Of a DNA stretch of 64,000 nucleotides, positions 58,871 to 64,000 are shown piece after piece. The notes beneath the pieces were generated by a model. That model saw nothing but the letters and a program-made list of their open reading frames with translations. It did no database searches and was not told the DNA's origin. The position numbers were made by a program, and so were the translations under genes. Where the stretch lies: the NCBI RefSeq assembly GCF_044647545.1, contig NZ_CP172818.1; one strand, written 5' to 3'. Position 1 is the stretch's first letter. The number at the start of each line of letters is the position of its first letter. The stretch is from Escherichia coli (GTDB taxonomy: Bacteria; Pseudomonadota; Gammaproteobacteria; Enterobacterales; Enterobacteriaceae).

Positions 58871-59545
58871 TTAAATCCAGCCGCGTTCGGCAAAAGAAAC
58901 ATACTCTCCACGCCCAATTACGATATGGTCGAGCACGCGTAAATCCATGAACTGACAACTCTTTATTATCCGTTCAGTAATGAGTTTATCCGCTTTACTG
59001 GGTTCAGCACAACCCGAAGGGTGATTATGTGCAAGGATCAGCGCCGAGGCATTTATTTTTATCGCTTCGCGGATAATTTCCCGAGGATGGACTTCAACAT
59101 GGTTTAGCGTGCCGGAAAAAAGACGGCTATGCGTTATAACCCGGTGTTGTGAGTCGAGAAAGATCACCATAAAGATCTCCCGCTCCTCGCCCGTAAGCTG
59201 GCTTTGTAAAAATTCCCTCGTCATCTCCGGGCTGAGTAAAGGGCTTTCTTCACGCATCCGCACGTTGTAGTAACGCCGCGCCAGTTCGGCAATCCCCTTT
59301 AACTGGGCGAATTTCGCCACGCCAATTCCATGAACGCCACTAAACTGTTCATATTCAGAGGTTAACAAGCCATAAAGAGAGCCGAAATTCTCCAGCATCT
59401 CTTTTGCCAGGGTTAATACATCTTTACCGCGCGTTCCGGTACGCAGAAATAGCGCCAGCAGCTCGACATCCGTTAAGGCGCTAATACCAAACTTCAGCAT
59501 TTTTTCGCGCGGCATCAACAGCTGTGCATTGTTTTTCACCTTCAC
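58871..59545 (-). CDS. yicR: RadC-like JAB-domain protein YicR
   Basis: 224-aa ORF with a JAMM-like HNHPSG motif (...[17 protein letters not shown]...). Confidence 0.9.
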
Positions 59546-59710
59546 CTCCTTTGTGGTGCTCGCATCCTGTCATAGCCGTTCCGTTAAATCGACGGCCAGT
59601 TTTCAATCCTGGAAAGCGCCTCGCAAAGTGATTCTCAGGTGAAGGCACGACAACAAAAGTATTGTGATAAAATCGCCAACTTCTGGTGTCACCCAACAGG
59701 AAAAATCATC

Positions 59711-60931
59711 ATGAGCCTGGCCGGTAAAAAAATCGTTCTCGGCGTCAGCGGCGGTATTGCTGCCTATAAAACCCCTGAACTGGTGCGTCGTTTGCGCGAT
59801 CGCGGGGCCGACGTCCGCGTAGCCATGACCGAAGCGGCAAAAGCCTTTATCACCCCACTTAGCTTGCAGGCGGTTTCTGGTTATCCCGTTTCCGACAGTC
59901 TGCTGGACCCGGCAGCCGAAGCCGCTATGGGCCATATTGAGCTGGGTAAATGGGCTGATTTAGTGATTCTCGCCCCTGCCACGGCAGATTTGATTGCCCG
60001 TGTTGCTGCCGGAATGGCGAATGACCTGGTATCGACGATTTGTCTGGCTACACCTGCGCCTGTAGCCGTGCTCCCCGCCATGAACCAGCAGATGTACCGT
60101 GCCGCTGCCACGCAGCATAATTTAGAGGTGCTTGCTTCCCGTGGTTTGCTCATCTGGGGGCCAGACAGCGGCAGTCAGGCTTGTGGTGATATCGGCCCAG
60201 GGCGAATGCTCGATCCGTTAACCATTGTGGATATGGCGGTGGCGCATTTTTCGCCCGTCAACGACCTGAAACATCTGAACATTATGATTACCGCCGGTCC
60301 GACGCGTGAACCGCTCGATCCCGTGCGTTATATCTCTAATCACAGCTCCGGCAAGATGGGTTTTGCTATCGCCGCCGCCGCAGCCCGTCGTGGCGCGAAC
60401 GTCACGCTGGTATCAGGTCCGGTTTCACTACCGACGCCACCGTTTGTTAACCGTGTTGATGTGATGACCGCGCTGGAAATGGAAGCCGCCGTGAATGCAT
60501 CTGTACAGCAGCAAAATATTTTTATCGGTTGCGCCGCCGTGGCGGATTATCGCGCAGCTACCGTGGCCCCAGAGAAAATCAAAAAGCAGGCCACGCAGGG
60601 TGATGAATTAACAATAAAAATGGTTAAAAACCCCGATATCGTCGCAGGCGTTGCCGCACTAAAAGACCATCGACCCTACGTCGTTGGATTTGCCGCCGAA
60701 ACAAATAATGTGGAAGAATACGCTCGGCAAAAACGTATCCGTAAAAACCTTGATCTGATCTGCGCGAACGATGTTTCCCAGCCAACTCAAGGATTTAACA
60801 GCGACAACAACGCATTACACCTTTTCTGGCAGGACGGAGATAAAGTCTTACCGCTTGAGCGCAAAGAGCTCCTTGGCCAATTATTACTCGACGAGATCGT
60901 GACCCGTTATGATGAAAAAAATCGACGTTAA
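59711..60931 (+). CDS. dfp: Bifunctional phosphopantothenoylcysteine decarboxylase/synthetase
   Basis: 406-aa product from the ATG at 59711 ([28 protein letters not shown]...). Confidence 0.95.
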
Positions 60932-61367
60932 GATTCTGGACCCGCGCGTTGGGAAGGAATTTCCGCTCCCGACTTATGCCACCTCTGGCTCTGCCGGACT
61001 TGACCTGCGTGCCTGTCTCGACGACGCCGTAGAACTGGCTCCGGGTGACACTACGCTGGTTCCGACCGGGCTGGCGATTCATATTGCCGATCCTTCACTG
61101 GCGGCAATGATGCTGCCGCGCTCCGGATTGGGACATAAGCACGGTATCGTGCTTGGTAACCTGGTAGGATTGATCGATTCTGACTATCAGGGCCAGTTGA
61201 TGATTTCCGTGTGGAACCGTGGTCAGGACAGCTTCACCATTCAACCAGGCGAACGCATCGCCCAGATGATTTTTGTTCCGGTAGTACAGGCTGAATTTAA
61301 TCTGGTGGAAGATTTCGACGCCACCGACCGCGGTGAAGGCGGCTTTGGTCACTCTGGTCGTCAGTAA
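60909..61367 (+). CDS. dut: dUTP diphosphatase
   Basis: 152-aa ORF ([36 protein letters not shown]...); its start overlaps the last 23 nt of dfp in another frame. Confidence 0.95.
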
Positions 61368-61473
61368 CACATACGCATCCGAATAACGTCATAACATAGC
61401 CGCAAACATTTCGTTTGCGGTCATAGCGTGGGTGCCGCCTGGCAAGTGCTTATTTTCAGGGGTATTTTGTAAC

Positions 61474-62070
61474 ATGGCAGAAAAACAAACTGCGAAAAGG
61501 AACCGTCGCGAGGAAATACTTCAGTCTCTGGCGCTGATGCTGGAATCCAGCGATGGAAGCCAACGTATCACGACGGCAAAACTGGCCGCCTCTGTCGGCG
61601 TTTCCGAAGCGGCACTGTATCGCCACTTCCCCAGTAAGACCCGCATGTTCGATAGCCTGATTGAGTTTATCGAAGATAGCCTGATTACTCGCATCAATCT
61701 GATTCTGAAAGATGAGAAGGACACCACAGCGCGCCTGCGTCTGATTGTGTTGCTGCTTCTCGGTTTTGGTGAGCGTAATCCTGGCCTGACCCGCATCCTC
61801 ACTGGTCATGCGCTAATGTTTGAACAGGATCGCCTGCAAGGGCGCATCAACCAGCTGTTCGAGCGTATTGAGGCGCAGTTGCGTCAGGTATTGCGTGAAA
61901 AGAGAATGCGTGAGGGTGAAGGTTACACCACCGATGAAACGCTGCTGGCAAGCCAGTTGCTGGCATTTTGTGAAGGTATGCTGTCACGCTTTGTCCGCAG
62001 CGAATTTAAATACCGCCCGACGGATGATTTTGACGCCCGCTGGCCGCTAATTGCCGCGCAGTTGCAGTAA
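61474..62070 (+). CDS. slmA: Nucleoid occlusion factor SlmA (TetR family)
   Basis: 198-aa product ([52 protein letters not shown]...). Confidence 0.95.
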
Positions 62071-62108
62071 TATGACGTCCGGCATGATTATTCATCCAGC
62101 GAATATTT

Positions 62109-62750
62109 TTAAACGCCAAACTCTTCGCGATAGGCCTTAACCGCCGCCAGATGTTCCGCCATTTCCGGCTTCTCTTCCAGGTAAGCAATCAGGTCTTTCA
62201 GGGTGATGATAGAGATCACTTTGCAGTTGTAATCACGCTCAACTTCCTGAATTGCCGAAATCTCGCCGCGCCCCCGTTCCTGACGATCGAGCGAAATCAA
62301 TACGCCAGCAAGCGTCGCGCCATTGGCCTGAATAATTTCCATCGACTCGCGGATCGCCGTTCCGGCGGTGATCACATCATCCACCAGCATTACGCGTCCT
62401 TGTAACGCGCTACCGACCAGATTGCCACCTTCACCATGGTCTTTTGCTTCTTTGCGGTTAAAGCAGTACGGCAGGTCCAGGTCATGATGCTCCGCCAGCG
62501 CCACGGCAGTTGTGGTGGCAATCGGGATCCCTTTGTAAGCAGGGCCAAACAGCAGATCGAACTCAATGCCGGAATCCACCAATGCTTCAGCGTAAAAACG
62601 GCCTAACAGTGCCAGATCGCGCCCGGTATTAAACAGCCCGGCGTTGAAGAAATAGGGGCTTTTGCGCCCGGACTTCAACGTAAACTCGCCAAACTTTAAC
62701 ACCTGCTTGCTAAGCGCAAATTCAATAAACTGGCGCTGATATGGTTTCAT
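62109..62750 (-). CDS. pyrE: Orotate phosphoribosyltransferase
   Basis: 213-aa product ([38 protein letters not shown]...). Confidence 0.95.
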
Positions 62751-62815
62751 GCCTTCGCTCCTCATCTTACTTTTCTACAGACAAAAAAAAGGCGACTCAT
62801 CAGTCGCCTTAAAAA

Positions 62816-63532
62816 TCAGTTTGCCAGCGCCGCCTTCTGCGTCGCTACAATGGATTCGATTCCCCCTCGGGCCAGCGCCAACAAGGTGAGTAATTCTTCG
62901 TGGGTGAACGGTTCGCCTTCTGCCGTCCCCTGCACTTCAATGATGCGCCCGTCTTCGGTCATCACTACGTTCATGTCGGTCTCTGCGGCTGAGTCTTCAA
63001 CGTATTCCAGATCGCAAACCGCTTCGCCGTTGACAATGCCGACAGAAACTGCGGCTACCATCCCTTTCATCGGGTTGGTTTTCAGCTTGCCGTTTTCCAC
63101 CAGCTTCTGTAGCGCATCTGCCAGCGCCACGCAGGCACCCGTAATCGACGCGGTACGCGTGCCACCATCAGCCTGAAGCACGTCGCAGTCCAGCGTAATG
63201 GTGAACTCACCCAGCGCTTTCAAATCTACTGCCGCACGAAGAGCACGGGCGATCAGACGCTGGATTTCCATGGTGCGTCCACCCTGCTTACCTTTCGCCG
63301 CTTCACGCGCGTTACGGGTGTGGGTAGAACGTGGCAGCATGCCGTACTCTGCGGTGATCCAGCCCTGGCCCTGACCTTTCAGGAAGCGCGGCACGCCTTC
63401 TTCAATAGAGGCGGTACACAATACTATGGTATCGCCAAATTCGACCAGCACCGAGCCTTCTGCATGTTTTGTATAGTTACGAGTCAGGGTAACGGGACGC
63501 ACCTGATTATTGCTACGGCCTGCTGGACGCAT
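62816..63532 (-). CDS. rph: Ribonuclease PH, apparently full-length
   Basis: 238-aa product ([35 protein letters not shown]...ATQKAALAN) with no internal frameshift. Confidence 0.95.
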   Translation of the reverse strand: MRPAGRSNNQVRPVTLTRNYTKHAEGSVLVEFGDTIVLCTASIEEGVPRFLKGQGQGWITAEYGMLPRSTHTRNAREAAKGKQGGRTMEIQRLIARALRAAVDLKALGEFTITLDCDVLQADGGTRTASITGACVALADALQKLVENGKLKTNPMKGMVAAVSVGIVNGEAVCDLEYVEDSAAETDMNVVMTEDGRIIEVQGTAEGEPFTHEELLTLLALARGGIESIVATQKAALAN

Positions 63533-63659
63533 ATTGAAATCTCCGGCTTGAAACAAATGTGGCTGCGCATTATACGGACTTCCGGCGGTTATTCCTATCC
63601 TGACAAGGCATCGATGGCTATAATCCTTCCACCTCTCCTTTTATAAACAGGAACGTCTA

Positions 63660-64000
63660 TGATCCGCAGTATGACCGCCTACGCCCGGCGTGAAATCAAG
63701 GGTGAATGGGGGAGCGCAACCTGGGAAATGCGCTCGGTAAACCAGCGTTATCTGGAAACTTACTTTCGTCTGCCGGAGCAGTTCCGTAGCCTTGAACCTG
63801 TCGTTCGTGAGCGTATTCGTTCTCGCCTGACGCGCGGTAAAGTGGAATGTACCCTGCGCTATGAGCCAGATGTTAGCGCGCAAGGTGAGCTGATCCTCAA
63901 CGAAAAACTGGCTAAACAGCTGGTAACTGCCGCGAACTGGGTAAAAATGCAGAGCGACGAAGGAGAAATCAACCCGGTTGATATTCTACGCTGGCCGGGC
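63660..64000 (+). CDS. yicC: YicC family protein (5' part; runs off the window end)
   Basis: Open frame from the ATG at 63660 (MIRSMTAYARREIKGEWGSATWEMRSVNQRYLETYFRLPEQFRSL...) continuing to the window end; read by eye, not in the ORF track. Confidence 0.85.

Overview
This window is an Escherichia coli K-12-type chromosomal segment running from yiaW to yicC, about 62 protein-coding genes, almost all matching the known K-12 gene order. In order: an IS1-disrupted yiaW pseudogene; aldB, yiaY, selBA, yibF; the RhsA polymorphic-toxin locus (rhsA core, yibA, two orphan Rhs fragments, one toxin/immunity candidate pair, long AT-rich ORF-free stretches); yibHI; mtlADR; yibT, yibL; lldPRD; trmL, cysE, gpsA-secB-grxC-yibN; gpmM-envC-yibQ; waaH, tdh-kbl; the K-12-type LPS core cluster (hldD-waaFCL, waaUZYJOBSPGQ, waaA-coaD); mutM, rpmGB, yicR, dfp-dut, slmA, pyrE-rph and the start of yicC. 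No rRNA, tRNA or CRISPR array was found. Gene names are from my recollection of the E. coli proteins and gene order, not from a database search; CDS coordinates come from the supplied ORF track with start codons adjusted by residue counting. The only candidate for something new is the Rhs accessory region (about 12.2-18.3 kb): the main rhsA has no toxin tip, and a downstream orphan Rhs C-terminal module carries an L,D-transpeptidase-like motif next to a signal-peptide ORF that could be its immunity protein. The rest is conserved housekeeping content with recognisable regulatory sites (CRP cluster at mtlA, LldR operators, ops element in the waaQ leader, REP hairpins). Differences from MG1655 as I remember it: IS1 in yiaW, no htrL between kbl and hldD, an intact rph, and a different rhsA 3' end.
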